Shown one piece after another: positions 42,273 to 51,550 of a stretch of DNA of 64,000 nucleotides. The position numbers were made by a program, and so were the translations under genes. Each line of letters opens with the position of its first letter. Position 1 is the first letter of the stretch. The stretch is from Promethearchaeia archaeon. Lineage in GTDB: Archaea; Asgardarchaeota; Lokiarchaeia; Sigyniarchaeales; SOKP01. The notes beneath the pieces are model-generated. The model did no database searches and was not told the DNA's origin. It saw nothing but the letters and a program-made list of their open reading frames with translations. The stretch lies in assembly GCA_029856145.1 (NCBI GenBank), contig JAHQWK010000001.1:64001-128000 (forward strand). The letters run 5' to 3'.

Positions 42273-43460
42273 GTGATTAAAATTACAAGTCAAAATGAGT
42301 TTACAACTAAATATATTATAGAAGTTAAGTGTATCATTAAAGGTGTTGTTGAAAAGTCTGATATAGTTGGCGCTATTTTTGGACAGACTGAGGGTTTACT
42401 TTTAGATCTCGACTTGAGAGATCTTCAAAAATCAGGACGAATTGGACGGATAGAAGTAGAAACTGAGGCAAAAGAAGGGGTTTCCAAGGGGACTATTAAA
42501 GTTCCATCTTCCTTAACTAGAAAGGAGACTGCTTTATTAGCTGCAACTGTTGAAACTGTTTCTCGAGTTGGTCCATGCGAAGCAGAATTTTCTCTTATAG
42601 AAATTCGAGATGTTCGTGAAAGAAAACGAAAAAAAATCATAGAACGAGCAACAGAACTCTTAAAAGAATGGGATCAAAAATCTTTAGAACAAAGTGAAAT
42701 TGAAGAAAAAATTGATACAGATATCAAACTTGGAGAAATTATCACATGGGGGTCAGACAATCTCCCTGCAGGTCCAGAAGTAGAAAGTAACCCCAATTTA
42801 ATTATTGTAGAAGGTCGGGCTGATGTTTTAAATCTATTAAGAATAGGAGTTAAAAATACGATAGCCGTACAAGGTACTCAAATCCCCAAATCTGTAATTA
42901 AATTAGCTAAGCAAAAAAAATCAGTGACAGCTTTCGTTGATGGAGATCGCGGAGGTACAATTATTCTTAATGAACTTTTCCAAATCACTAAAATTGATCA
43001 TGTAGCTAGAGCTCCTGAAGGTTTTGAAGTTGAAGAACTAACAAGGAAACAAATGATAAAATCTTTACAAAACGCAAAACCAGCAAAAAATTTCAAAGAT
43101 GTTAAAGTAAAAGATATCAAAGAGAATGGATATGGAGGAGTTACTGGAGTACTTCAGAAGATACTAAAAAAATTTAAAATTAAAGATGAGACCATAATTC
43201 TTGATGCAATTAAGAATATAGGAGCCGGTTTTGCTATCGGGTTTAATAAGAATCTCGAGAAATTATTTGATATTCCTGTTGGAGAAATTTTCGAAAAAAT
43301 TAGAAACTTTAAAGATGCCCAATATTTAATTATTGATGGAATTCTAACAAAAAGACTACTCTCGCTTTCAATAAATATGAAAATAAAATTCATTGCAAGT
43401 AGAAATAAAGAAGAACAATTAGTTATTCCTGCGCAAATAGCAGTGTATTTTTATAAATAA
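42273..43460 (+). CDS. dnaG: Archaeal DnaG-like protein (TOPRIM, exosome-associated)
   Basis: GAIFGQTEGLL, LQKSGRIGRI, VEGRADV, DGDRGG motifs. Confidence 0.95.
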   Translation: MIKITSQNEFTTKYIIEVKCIIKGVVEKSDIVGAIFGQTEGLLLDLDLRDLQKSGRIGRIEVETEAKEGVSKGTIKVPSSLTRKETALLAATVETVSRVGPCEAEFSLIEIRDVRERKRKKIIERATELLKEWDQKSLEQSEIEEKIDTDIKLGEIITWGSDNLPAGPEVESNPNLIIVEGRADVLNLLRIGVKNTIAVQGTQIPKSVIKLAKQKKSVTAFVDGDRGGTIILNELFQITKIDHVARAPEGFEVEELTRKQMIKSLQNAKPAKNFKDVKVKDIKENGYGGVTGVLQKILKKFKIKDETIILDAIKNIGAGFAIGFNKNLEKLFDIPVGEIFEKIRNFKDAQYLIIDGILTKRLLSLSINMKIKFIASRNKEEQLVIPAQIAVYFYK

Positions 43461-43479
43461 ATATTTTTCTTCTAAAGAA

Positions 43480-43719
43480 TCAAGTAAAAGGTAGTGCTAC
43501 AGAAAAGATTAATTGAATTATATAGGAAAGAACACCTAAAATCAAAATCCCAATAGCACATATTTTAAAAACTAAGAAATAGTCTTTTCTACTAGGTTTA
43601 TTTGCAATTTTAGCTATTCTTTTTGTATTTTGGAAAAAGTTGACTATTCTATCGTAATAACTTAGTTTTTTCTGCTTTTCGCTTGTACTATATTTTTCAT
43701 ATTTTGGGTAGGTAGACAC
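43480..43719 (-). CDS. secE: Protein translocase SecE / Sec61 gamma
   Basis: RIAKIANKPSRKDY followed by a single C-terminal TM helix. Confidence 0.9.
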   Translation of the reverse strand: MSTYPKYEKYSTSEKQKKLSYYDRIVNFFQNTKRIAKIANKPSRKDYFLVFKICAIGILILGVLSYIIQLIFSVALPFT

Positions 43720-43781
43720 AAGAAAAAAGAAAGTACTGTAAGATAAAAAGTTATCTTTTAAGGAGAGTATATATCTTTAAA

Positions 43782-44672
43782 TCAAGAAAGGTCTAGTATA
43801 TTTGATATAAATATATCTCGATCAAATGGTTCTAGATCTTTATAGCTCTGTCCAGTCCCAACAAAAATTATAGATTTTTTAGTTTCAAACGAAATCGACA
43901 ATGCAGCACCACCTTTTGCATCAGCATCAAGTTTAGTTAAAATATTGGCGTCAATTCCAACATGTTTTTTAAACTCTTTTGCTTGAAAAAGAGCGTCGTT
44001 GCCCGCAAGGGAATCTCCCACAAACACCTTACAATCAGGTTGAGCAACCCTGCAGATTTTTTGTATTTCTATCATCAAGTTTTTGTCTGTAACTTGTCTT
44101 CCGGCTGTATCGACTAAAACAACATCAACATTTTTGGCTTTAGCATGTTCGATAGAATCATATGCCACTGATGCAGGATCAGATTTATATCCATGCTTTA
44201 TTACGCGGATTCCTACATTTTCCATATGATAAGACAACTGTTCGATTGCTGCTGCTCGAAATGTATCTGCCGCCGCTGCTACAATCGAAAATCCCTCTTT
44301 TTTTAAATAATGAGCGATTTTAGCCATGGTTGTAGTTTTTCCTGTTCCGTTAACGCCAAGAAAAACTATTACATAAGGCTCGTTTTTTTTTCTAATCTCT
44401 ACGAGCAAATCAAGGTCTTCTTCAGGTGTTAAGATCTCCGTGATAATTTCTTTTAATACTTCAAATAACATTTTTTGGGTTGATGTTAAGCGCCCCACTT
44501 GTTCGTTTTTAAAAGATTCAGTGATTCTATTGCATATTTCATCAGCAGTGTCGATTGCTACATCGTTGCTTAAAAGGAGTAATCTAAGTTCATTAATAGT
44601 GATATCTAACTTTTTTTCTGTTAAAGTTTTTTTAACAAATGATGAAAAAGCGTTCTTCAATTTCTCAAGCAT
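43782..44672 (-). CDS. ftsY: SRP receptor FtsY
   Basis: GVNGTGKTT, DTFRAAA, DTAGR, TKLD, GTGQ motifs. Confidence 0.96.
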   Translation of the reverse strand: MLEKLKNAFSSFVKKTLTEKKLDITINELRLLLLSNDVAIDTADEICNRITESFKNEQVGRLTSTQKMLFEVLKEIITEILTPEEDLDLLVEIRKKNEPYVIVFLGVNGTGKTTTMAKIAHYLKKEGFSIVAAAADTFRAAAIEQLSYHMENVGIRVIKHGYKSDPASVAYDSIEHAKAKNVDVVLVDTAGRQVTDKNLMIEIQKICRVAQPDCKVFVGDSLAGNDALFQAKEFKKHVGIDANILTKLDADAKGGAALSISFETKKSIIFVGTGQSYKDLEPFDRDIFISNILDLS

Positions 44673-44738
44673 TTACTTCTCCATAGATCTTTATAATTTG
44701 ATTAAAAATATAATGAGATTGAGGTAAAAAATCTACTT

Positions 44739-45158
44739 TTATGTATAACCTTTTTGAAAATTTTGAGAAATTACTTGTAGGTTTACATCTATATTTCGTA
44801 TTTGAGTTGTTATATATTGAATCTGTTGGTTGATTTTTTCAATTATTTTATCAAGATATTCATTAGCTTCATCTAAATCCTTTTCAATTACTACATCTTG
44901 TGTAACCGCTAATAAAACCTTCTCTGGTTCTTTAATAGATGCTTTTACATTTACTAATCCCCCGATTGGAACCAATATTTCATCATCTTCTTTGACTCCA
45001 TCCTTTAAATTTACTATAGTATTTTTAGTATTTATAACATTACCTAGAGAAGCATTTACGATTTCTAGTTGTCCTTGAAGCATATCACGCTGTTCCTTTA
45101 AATATCGCAATTTTATTAATTGCTCTTGATATTCTTGAGAAGGTTCCATTCTTATCAA
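44739..45158 (-). CDS. pfdA: Prefoldin alpha subunit
   Basis: Coiled coils around an EILVPIGG beta-hairpin; conserved synteny. Confidence 0.92.
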   Translation of the reverse strand: MIRMEPSQEYQEQLIKLRYLKEQRDMLQGQLEIVNASLGNVINTKNTIVNLKDGVKEDDEILVPIGGLVNVKASIKEPEKVLLAVTQDVVIEKDLDEANEYLDKIIEKINQQIQYITTQIRNIDVNLQVISQNFQKGYT

Positions 45159-45181
45159 ATCCTATATTTATTATTTTTTAA

Positions 45182-45409
45182 TTATTCTGATAATTCTCGA
45201 ATAAGATGATCTTGAGATTCTTCCAGACTTATTTCTTTTACTTCTTGAATGTTGATCTGACGTCTATATATCCCAATTGAAGTAATTTGACTTAATACTT
45301 TTTCAAGAGCGTCCTTTTCCTTCAAAGCTCGTACTTCTTTTCTAAACAAATATTTTTTATGATTTTTTTTGTAGTTACCAATAATTCTGAAGATTTTAAT
45401 CTCTGACAT
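45182..45409 (-). CDS. rpl18a: Ribosomal protein eL20 (L18a/LX)
   Basis: KIFRIIG..FRKEVRALKEKDALEKVLS..RRQINI. Confidence 0.9.
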   Translation of the reverse strand: MSEIKIFRIIGNYKKNHKKYLFRKEVRALKEKDALEKVLSQITSIGIYRRQINIQEVKEISLEESQDHLIRELSE

Positions 45410-45543
45410 AACTAATTATAACCACTATTTCAAAGCTATTAAAATAGCATAATATTCTAAAAAATATTAAATTTTGTATTTTATCAACAGTGAGAATTTA
45501 AAGAAAATTATTTTTCAAGTAAGGATAATTTATTATACAATTC

Positions 45544-46215
45544 TCATAAGTTTAACACACTTGTAATTCTCATCATTTCTGGACCTGTACAATAACTACC
45601 AAAAATCCCACTTTTATCATTAACAATTGCTCCTGAACTTAAATACGGTATACCACGATTAACTGTCGATACATCAACCTCATTGACTTTTAAAATAGAA
45701 GAAATAAATTCGATTTCTTCATCTGTTGATAAAGGATGAATTAAACAACCATAATTATTGGCTAAAGATATTGAACCAGGAAGGTAAAAGTCTGCAAATT
45801 CATAAACTACGGTCTCAACATTTAAAATATCTTCAATCTTAGTTTTGTAATTTTCCAAGAAAGAGCTAATTATTGCACCCTTATCATTACATAAGATTAA
45901 ATTTCCTAATGCATTATCGATTGATTTCAGAATTCCAATATTATATGAGTCATTCATATATGACTTTAAATTATTAAGTTCATCTTCTCGTATAATATGT
46001 GGTACAATTATTCCATATTTATTTGATGCAGTATATACTCCTAATAAATTAGAATTATTAATTGTAAGAGGGTAAAAAGGTTCCTCAAAAATTGTTTTGA
46101 ATTTTTTAAGTAAAGGGTTTATTAAAGATGATGGATAAAGAATAAAAGCATTATTCGCCGTTAAATATACTCCTATCAAGCTACGCCCAAAGATTTGGGT
46201 CCTAAGAATTGCCAT
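45544..46215 (-). CDS. eif6: Translation initiation factor 6
   Basis: IGVY, GNLILCNDKGA, STVNRG, TGPE motifs; conserved synteny. Confidence 0.93.
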   Translation of the reverse strand: MAILRTQIFGRSLIGVYLTANNAFILYPSSLINPLLKKFKTIFEEPFYPLTINNSNLLGVYTASNKYGIIVPHIIREDELNNLKSYMNDSYNIGILKSIDNALGNLILCNDKGAIISSFLENYKTKIEDILNVETVVYEFADFYLPGSISLANNYGCLIHPLSTDEEIEFISSILKVNEVDVSTVNRGIPYLSSGAIVNDKSGIFGSYCTGPEMMRITSVLNL

Positions 46216-46245
46216 TTTTATGACTCTTTAAAGATCTAGAGTATT

Positions 46246-46683
46246 TTAAGCTAAATAGACGACTACTAGACCATCAATGTTCTTGGTTGCTCTCACTTTT
46301 AATTTTCTTGGTGGTTTTTGAATTGATCGCTCCCAAATCTTTTCATTTACTTCTTGAGTAATAACTAAAGATTCTGGTTTAAAATGACGCATCATATATT
46401 CTCTTAGATATCTAATTGCTTTTTTACTTCGTTTATTTCTAGGACCTTTACGTGCTTTTGCAAGTGGGATTATATATATCCTCTCATCAATGATTTCTTC
46501 TTTGGGTGCTTCTTCTTCCTCAATTTCTTCTCGTTCTTCAAAAATCTCACTTATTTCTTCTTCTTCAGAAATTTCATCTAAACTGAATTCTTCGATCTCT
46601 TCAATTTCTTCCTCAGGTTCTCCAGTATCTGCTAATTCTTCTTCTAAATCTTCTAAATTAATTTCTTTTTCTTTTTTCGCCAT
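46246..46683 (-). CDS. rpl31e: Ribosomal protein eL31 with an acidic N-terminal extension
   Basis: ERIYIIPL..KAIRYLREY..VNEKIWERSIQKPPRKLKV. Confidence 0.93.
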   Translation of the reverse strand: MAKKEKEINLEDLEEELADTGEPEEEIEEIEEFSLDEISEEEEISEIFEEREEIEEEEAPKEEIIDERIYIIPLAKARKGPRNKRSKKAIRYLREYMMRHFKPESLVITQEVNEKIWERSIQKPPRKLKVRATKNIDGLVVVYLA

Positions 46684-46710
46684 ATTATTTCAACTTTATA
46701 ATAAGTAAAT

Positions 46711-46872
46711 TTAATCTCGTTTTAATCTTGTATTCCGCCATGACCTTCTCGTATAAGGGCTACTACTCACTCTGCGATTTGTTTTTATTGTTACCCAATT
46801 TGGAATCGATTGACTTTGTTTCATTTTTTTTGCTCTACGTAATTTTGATCCTAAATTTTTATTACGAGCCAT
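46711..46872 (-). CDS. rpl39e: Ribosomal protein eL39 (missing from the ORF track)
   Basis: Manual translation MARNKNLGSKLRRAKKMKQSQSIPNWVTIKT..RRSWRNTRLK; 53 aa. Confidence 0.95.
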   Translation of the reverse strand: MARNKNLGSKLRRAKKMKQSQSIPNWVTIKTNRRVSSSPYTRRSWRNTRLKRD

Positions 46873-46892
46873 TTTCCTTACTCTTTTTTTAA

Positions 46893-47234
46893 TTATTTTT
46901 TTATATTAAATTCTTTTTTTCTTTCAAAGGAAGAAATTTGTTCTAAAAGTTTTTTAAATGCATTATCTGGCAAAGGTGTTGCACCTCTTAGTTTTCCCGC
47001 TTGAAATAGTTGAATCAATTGTATTTCTATTTGTTCAGCAAATTTAGGTTTAACCATTCGAATATTTTCTAATCTCTGCCTGCCTTCCGGTGATAATATT
47101 TTACGCATTAATTGGTATTTTTTTGTTTCAAAATCTCTTTCTTGAACTTCTGCTATTTGTTGTTGTGCTGCTTGTTGCTTTAATTCTTCTAACTTTCTTC
47201 TTCTAATTTCGTCCAAATCTTCGTCGTTACTCAC
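46893..47234 (-). CDS. PDCD5-like DNA-binding protein
   Basis: LDEIRRRKLEEL..ILSPEGRQRLENIRMVKP motif. Confidence 0.92.
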   Translation of the reverse strand: MSNDEDLDEIRRRKLEELKQQAAQQQIAEVQERDFETKKYQLMRKILSPEGRQRLENIRMVKPKFAEQIEIQLIQLFQAGKLRGATPLPDNAFKKLLEQISSFERKKEFNIKK

Positions 47235-47259
47235 TCTAAATCCCTAAATAATGCAAATA

Positions 47260-47685
47260 TTATGTTTTTTGCCTTGAAATAACGTATGCCGTTCTTTCTA
47301 ATAGACTCATTCCTTCTGCAGAAACTACTCTTCCTTCTTTTTCCTTTTTTTCAAGTAATTTTGCATTTTCTAATTGTTGCAAAGCCACTCTTACAATTTT
47401 GCCACTTCCTTTAGCAGAGTGATTGAGTCCTGGTCCTCTTCTATTTCGCCCTCCATAATACTTTCTAAGTTTATTTACACCTATTGGGCCATACTTCTTT
47501 ACTTTTCTAAGAATTGAAGCACATCTGATATACCAAAAATTCTTAGTATCTTGTGGTGCTAATTCTTTAAAAAACGCTGTTTTCCAAAATTCTGAACCAT
47601 CTGGAGGTGAAATTTCTGGATACTCCTTAAGTTTTTCCGCAATTGCCTCAATGAGCATATCTGCGTTTACTAGAAAAATCGACAT
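47260..47685 (-). CDS. rps19e: Ribosomal protein eS19
   Basis: WYIRCASILRK, YGGR, GSGKIVRVALQQLE motifs. Confidence 0.96.
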   Translation of the reverse strand: MSIFLVNADMLIEAIAEKLKEYPEISPPDGSEFWKTAFFKELAPQDTKNFWYIRCASILRKVKKYGPIGVNKLRKYYGGRNRRGPGLNHSAKGSGKIVRVALQQLENAKLLEKKEKEGRVVSAEGMSLLERTAYVISRQKT

Positions 47686-47780
47686 GTTAATCTTTAATTC
47701 TATCCTTCTTTATTAAATATAATACGTTTTAAAAGTCAGAATAGATTAAAAATTTTTCGTATTTTCTGTGTTCTGGGACC

Positions 47781-48053
47781 ATGAGTTATCAAAAAGAATT
47801 TAAAAAAACTTTACTTTCACAACCACATTGCATTTTAGGCAAATATGGAGTTTCAGATGAATTTATCAGTCATGTTACCAAGTTATTAAAGAGATATAAA
47901 ATAATAAAAGTAAAAGCATTAAAGTCTGTAGCTACTAAATCGAATATAGAAGAATTAGCTCAAAAAATCGCAAAGTTAACAAACTCTTATTTAATAGATA
48001 TTAGAGGTAAAATTTTCATACTTTCTCTATATGACATTAAAAAGTTTAATTAA
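47781..48053 (+). CDS. YhbY/CRM RNA-binding protein
   Basis: ILGKYGV..IIKVK..DIRGKIFIL pattern. Confidence 0.85.
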   Translation: MSYQKEFKKTLLSQPHCILGKYGVSDEFISHVTKLLKRYKIIKVKALKSVATKSNIEELAQKIAKLTNSYLIDIRGKIFILSLYDIKKFN

Positions 48054-48075
48054 AATTCCTATCAAGATTATTTAG

Positions 48076-48420
48076 ATGCCTAAACGTAATAAAAATACAA
48101 AATATATTGTAAAAGAAATTGCACATTCCCGTATACTATATTTATTTCAAAAAGCTCATGAAGTTTTTCCCGAAAATAAAACTTTAGCAAATCGTTATAC
48201 GTATTTAGCAAGACGTTATGCTCAAAGAGCTAAGATAAAAATACCATTTGAATGGAAAAAACGTATATGTCATAAATGTAAAATGTTTTTATACCCTGGG
48301 CTAAATTGTAGAGTTAGAATGCATTCACAAAAAGGAAATGGGTCTCATATCTCCTTAACTTGTTTTGAGTGTAATAAAACTACAAGGTATTTCATTAAAT
48401 TAAAAAATAAAAAGAAATAA
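48076..48420 (+). CDS. rnp4: RNase P protein component 4 (Rpp21)
   Basis: IAHSRI..LANRY..KRICHKC..PG..TCFEC..RY. Confidence 0.92.
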   Translation: MPKRNKNTKYIVKEIAHSRILYLFQKAHEVFPENKTLANRYTYLARRYAQRAKIKIPFEWKKRICHKCKMFLYPGLNCRVRMHSQKGNGSHISLTCFECNKTTRYFIKLKNKKK

Positions 48421-48454
48421 TATTATTAATTGAACTAGTTTTAAGAAGCTAAAA

Positions 48455-49129
48455 ATGCCATTAATCTTAGTTTTAGTAGAATGCGGATTAGAATTGATAC
48501 CAAAACATATAAGAGATCATCCTGCTGTTAAGAAAAACTTGTCATCAAGGATTTATTCTTCACAACTCTTAGATAATTCCTTACATTTTTCTGCTATGAA
48601 AAACTTGAAGAATAGGGAAAAGAGAGGGCGACCTGATATAATCCATAGTTGTTTACTTAACGCTCTGGGATCCCCCCTAAATAAGAATAGAAATTTAATT
48701 ATATTCATACATACAATTAATGATAAAATTTATGAGTTCAATCCAGAAATTAGAATCGCGAGAAATTATAACCGATTCAAAGGATTAATGTCGAAATTAT
48801 TAATAGATGGTAGTATAGAAACAGGAAATTCAAAATTAATAACTCAATTTAAAGGTGATTTAAAGGAACTTATAACAAAATTTGAAGATCCTGAAGTATG
48901 TATACTTTCGAGTAAGGGTAAGTTGATAAATGAATTTAAAGATTTGTTTATAGAGGGTATAGATAAAAATTATATTGCAATTATTGGCGGTTTTCAAAAG
49001 AGTGGTTTCTCAAAAGACATTTTTAATATGTCAAAAAATTTGATTTCTATTTCCCCACACACACTAGATGCGGGGGTAGTGACCAATAGAATTATTACCT
49101 ACTATGAGCTTACTTATAGAATCCTTTAA
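48455..49129 (+). CDS. nep1: 16S rRNA pseudouridine methyltransferase Nep1
   Basis: GRPDIIHSCLL, SPLNK, RNYNRFKGLM, IGGF motifs. Confidence 0.93.
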   Translation: MPLILVLVECGLELIPKHIRDHPAVKKNLSSRIYSSQLLDNSLHFSAMKNLKNREKRGRPDIIHSCLLNALGSPLNKNRNLIIFIHTINDKIYEFNPEIRIARNYNRFKGLMSKLLIDGSIETGNSKLITQFKGDLKELITKFEDPEVCILSSKGKLINEFKDLFIEGIDKNYIAIIGGFQKSGFSKDIFNMSKNLISISPHTLDAGVVTNRIITYYELTYRIL

Positions 49130-49191
49130 AATCACTAAAGTTAAAAGAAATGATGAATTTTTTATCATACACTAATTTCTAAATTTCGTAA

Positions 49192-49284
49192 GCGCGATTA
49201 GTCTAGTGGTTAGGATCTCGGCCTTCCATAGGTAGAACTAACTGAAGATAGCCGATGACCCGGGTTCAATTCCCGGATCGCGCA
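49192..49284 (+). tRNA. tRNA-Gly(TCC) with a 21-nt canonical intron at 37/38 (49229-49249)
   Basis: Acceptor GCGCGAT/ATCGCGC-A, anticodon stem TCGGC/GCCGA, T-arm CCGGG-TTCAATT-CCCGG; BHB central helix CTTC/GAAG. Confidence 0.93.
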
Positions 49285-49334
49285 TTTATAACCTTTTAAA
49301 CTCATTTAAGAAGGGATTAAACATTAATAAATCT

Positions 49335-49356
49335 TCGTGAAAGGATGGTTTCACGA
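49335..49356. repeat. Perfect 8-bp hairpin TCGTGAAA-N6-TTTCACGA downstream of tRNA-Gly
   Basis: Inverted repeat seen directly; followed shortly by T-rich sequence. Confidence 0.55.
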
Positions 49357-49434
49357 TCTATTGTTTTTGTATAAAAATTATTTTTTTATTATTTCAAAAT
49401 ACAAAAAGTTAAATATACAAGTTTGTATGTTACT

Positions 49435-49525
49435 GTTGAAAAAACGCCCGCTAAATACATTCCATTTCCATATTAGATCACTTCAAAATTTGTATTAAAA
49501 AGGCGTTTTTTCTCTTATTTTGAAT
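49435..49525 (+). ncRNA. Candidate small RNA or leader with an 11-bp terminal stem
   Basis: TTAAATATA box near 49409; GAAAAAACGCC (49438-49448) pairs with GGCGTTTTTTC (49502-49512), then a T-rich tract. Confidence 0.35.
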
Positions 49526-49601
49526 TTTCATATACGTCTCGTTCATTAATCTTAAATTCTTTATTTTATTATTGACCAATACTAAAACAATAATCATTAT
49601 A

Positions 49602-50738
49602 ATGGTCAAGTACATTTATCAAGAGTTTAAATCGGTCTTAAATAAATTAAAATTTCCCGATTCATGGTTTTGGGCTCGATATACTTTAAACACATATTCT
49701 GGATGTGCTCATGCTTGTATATATTGTGATGCTCGAAGTGAACGATACTATATAGAGGATTTTGAAAATGAAGTAATTATAAAGACTAATTTCGATAAAA
49801 AACTGGATCAGAGACTTAAAAGAGCTCGTACATTATTGCCTGATGTTATTGCTCCCGGTGGTGTAAATGACGCTTATCAGCCTATAGAAAAAAAGATTGA
49901 ACATACTAGAAAAGTTTTGGAAGTCATAGCAAAACATAAATATCCGATTAATATTGCTACGAAGTCAAAGCTAGTCACTCGGGATATTGACATTCTTAAA
50001 AAAATTGCAGACGACACGTGGTGTACTGTAGGTTTTTCAATAAGCACTACTGATGAAGAACTAGCTGAATTTTTAGAGCCTTATTCATCCTCTCCTTCTG
50101 AAAGATTAGAAGCATTAAAGATCTTAAAAAAGGAAGCACCTCATATTCAGGTAGGTACATATTTTATTCCAATTATTCCATTTTTAGCCGATGATGATGA
50201 AAATCTAGAGAATATAATAAAGCAATCTAATAACGCTGGAGCTGATTTTGTATTATTTTCACCTGGCTTAACTATGCGTGATTCTCAAGCTAAATATTTT
50301 TTAAAAAAATTAAAAGAAAGTAATTATAAACATGTTGTTAAACCGCTACTTGAATTGTTTAAAGGTCAGATGCATCCCCCCTCAGAATATCATAAAAAAT
50401 TTAATAATAAGTTATGGAATTTATGTCAAAAATATAAAGTCAATGTGCGAGTAAAACGTTGGATTCCTTCAGACTTCCGTAAATGGAATTATAAACTATC
50501 AGAATTACTCTTAAATAAAGAGTATATAGATGCATTAAAAACAGGTAAATCGAATAAAACTCTAATGTGGGCAGGATTAAACCTTAATAACCTAGAAGAA
50601 TCGATATTAGATGTTTATAAGAGAGGTGAATTGCACACTATAAAAAACTTTAATCCCAAAATAATTGAAATTATCGAACCTTACTTAGAAAAAAGTAAAG
50701 AATTAAAACAAAAAAAGGGGTTAGAAAAATTTCTATGA
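49602..50738 (+). CDS. Radical SAM protein, spore photoproduct lyase-like (SplB/Rv2578c family)
   Basis: LNTYSGCAHACIYCDAR, DAYQPIE, ATKS, LEP..ERL; the ATG at 49602 is preferred over the TTG at 49572. Confidence 0.85.
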   Translation: MVKYIYQEFKSVLNKLKFPDSWFWARYTLNTYSGCAHACIYCDARSERYYIEDFENEVIIKTNFDKKLDQRLKRARTLLPDVIAPGGVNDAYQPIEKKIEHTRKVLEVIAKHKYPINIATKSKLVTRDIDILKKIADDTWCTVGFSISTTDEELAEFLEPYSSSPSERLEALKILKKEAPHIQVGTYFIPIIPFLADDDENLENIIKQSNNAGADFVLFSPGLTMRDSQAKYFLKKLKESNYKHVVKPLLELFKGQMHPPSEYHKKFNNKLWNLCQKYKVNVRVKRWIPSDFRKWNYKLSELLLNKEYIDALKTGKSNKTLMWAGLNLNNLEESILDVYKRGELHTIKNFNPKIIEIIEPYLEKSKELKQKKGLEKFL

Positions 50739-51478
50739 TAAAGAAAATAACCCAAGAAATAATTGAAGAATTGAAAAAAACTGCTCCTAAATTAACTCCC
50801 GAACAGATTAAAAGGAGGAATAAAATACTGAATTCTGATAATCCTAAATTTATTGGCTACGGCCATAAAATCTCTGAAATAGAAAAACTCACAAAAAAGA
50901 TATATAAAAAATATCAATGTAACTATGAAGATTCCCTTGTTATCTTTAAAAATCTTGTTAGCTCCAATATTCATGAAGTTAAATTTGCCAGTATCTTTTT
51001 TCTGAACCATGTGAAAGGTAATTTTAATCAAGCTACAATTGATATCATTGAGGATGCGTTTTCTAAATACTGTGATACATGGGCATTTTGTGATAGCAGC
51101 TGTATTAGAGTTATCGGACCATTTCTCGGAAAAAAGAATAACCAAATCTTAGCTGATAGGACTATTGATAAATGGTCTAATTCTGAAAATCTATGGATTA
51201 GACGAGCGTCACTGGTAATTTTACTTAAGATTATTATGATTAAAAAAGAATTTAACGATGGGTATGTTTATGAATTTGTTGAGAAAATGCTTAAATATCC
51301 TGAGGATTACATTCAGAAAGGAATTGGATGGCTCTTAAAAACATGTTCAAAATATAATCCAGATTTAATTTTCAAATACTTAATGAAAAATAAAGGAAAA
51401 CTCTCCCGTTTGATCCTTAGATATGCAAGTGAAAAATTATCAAAAGAAAAGAGAGCAAAAATCCTACTCTTTGATTAA
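50735..51478 (+). CDS. AlkD-like DNA alkylation repair protein (HEAT repeats)
   Basis: TWAFCD, SENLWIRRAS, YIQKGIGWLLK, RYASEKL; ATGA overlap with the upstream gene. Confidence 0.9.
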   Translation: MIKKITQEIIEELKKTAPKLTPEQIKRRNKILNSDNPKFIGYGHKISEIEKLTKKIYKKYQCNYEDSLVIFKNLVSSNIHEVKFASIFFLNHVKGNFNQATIDIIEDAFSKYCDTWAFCDSSCIRVIGPFLGKKNNQILADRTIDKWSNSENLWIRRASLVILLKIIMIKKEFNDGYVYEFVEKMLKYPEDYIQKGIGWLLKTCSKYNPDLIFKYLMKNKGKLSRLILRYASEKLSKEKRAKILLFD

Positions 51479-51550
51479 TTTATTTTAACACTTATAGATT
51501 TATGTCGAAAATATTATAAACTAAACATCGTTTAATACAAACTAACCTCT

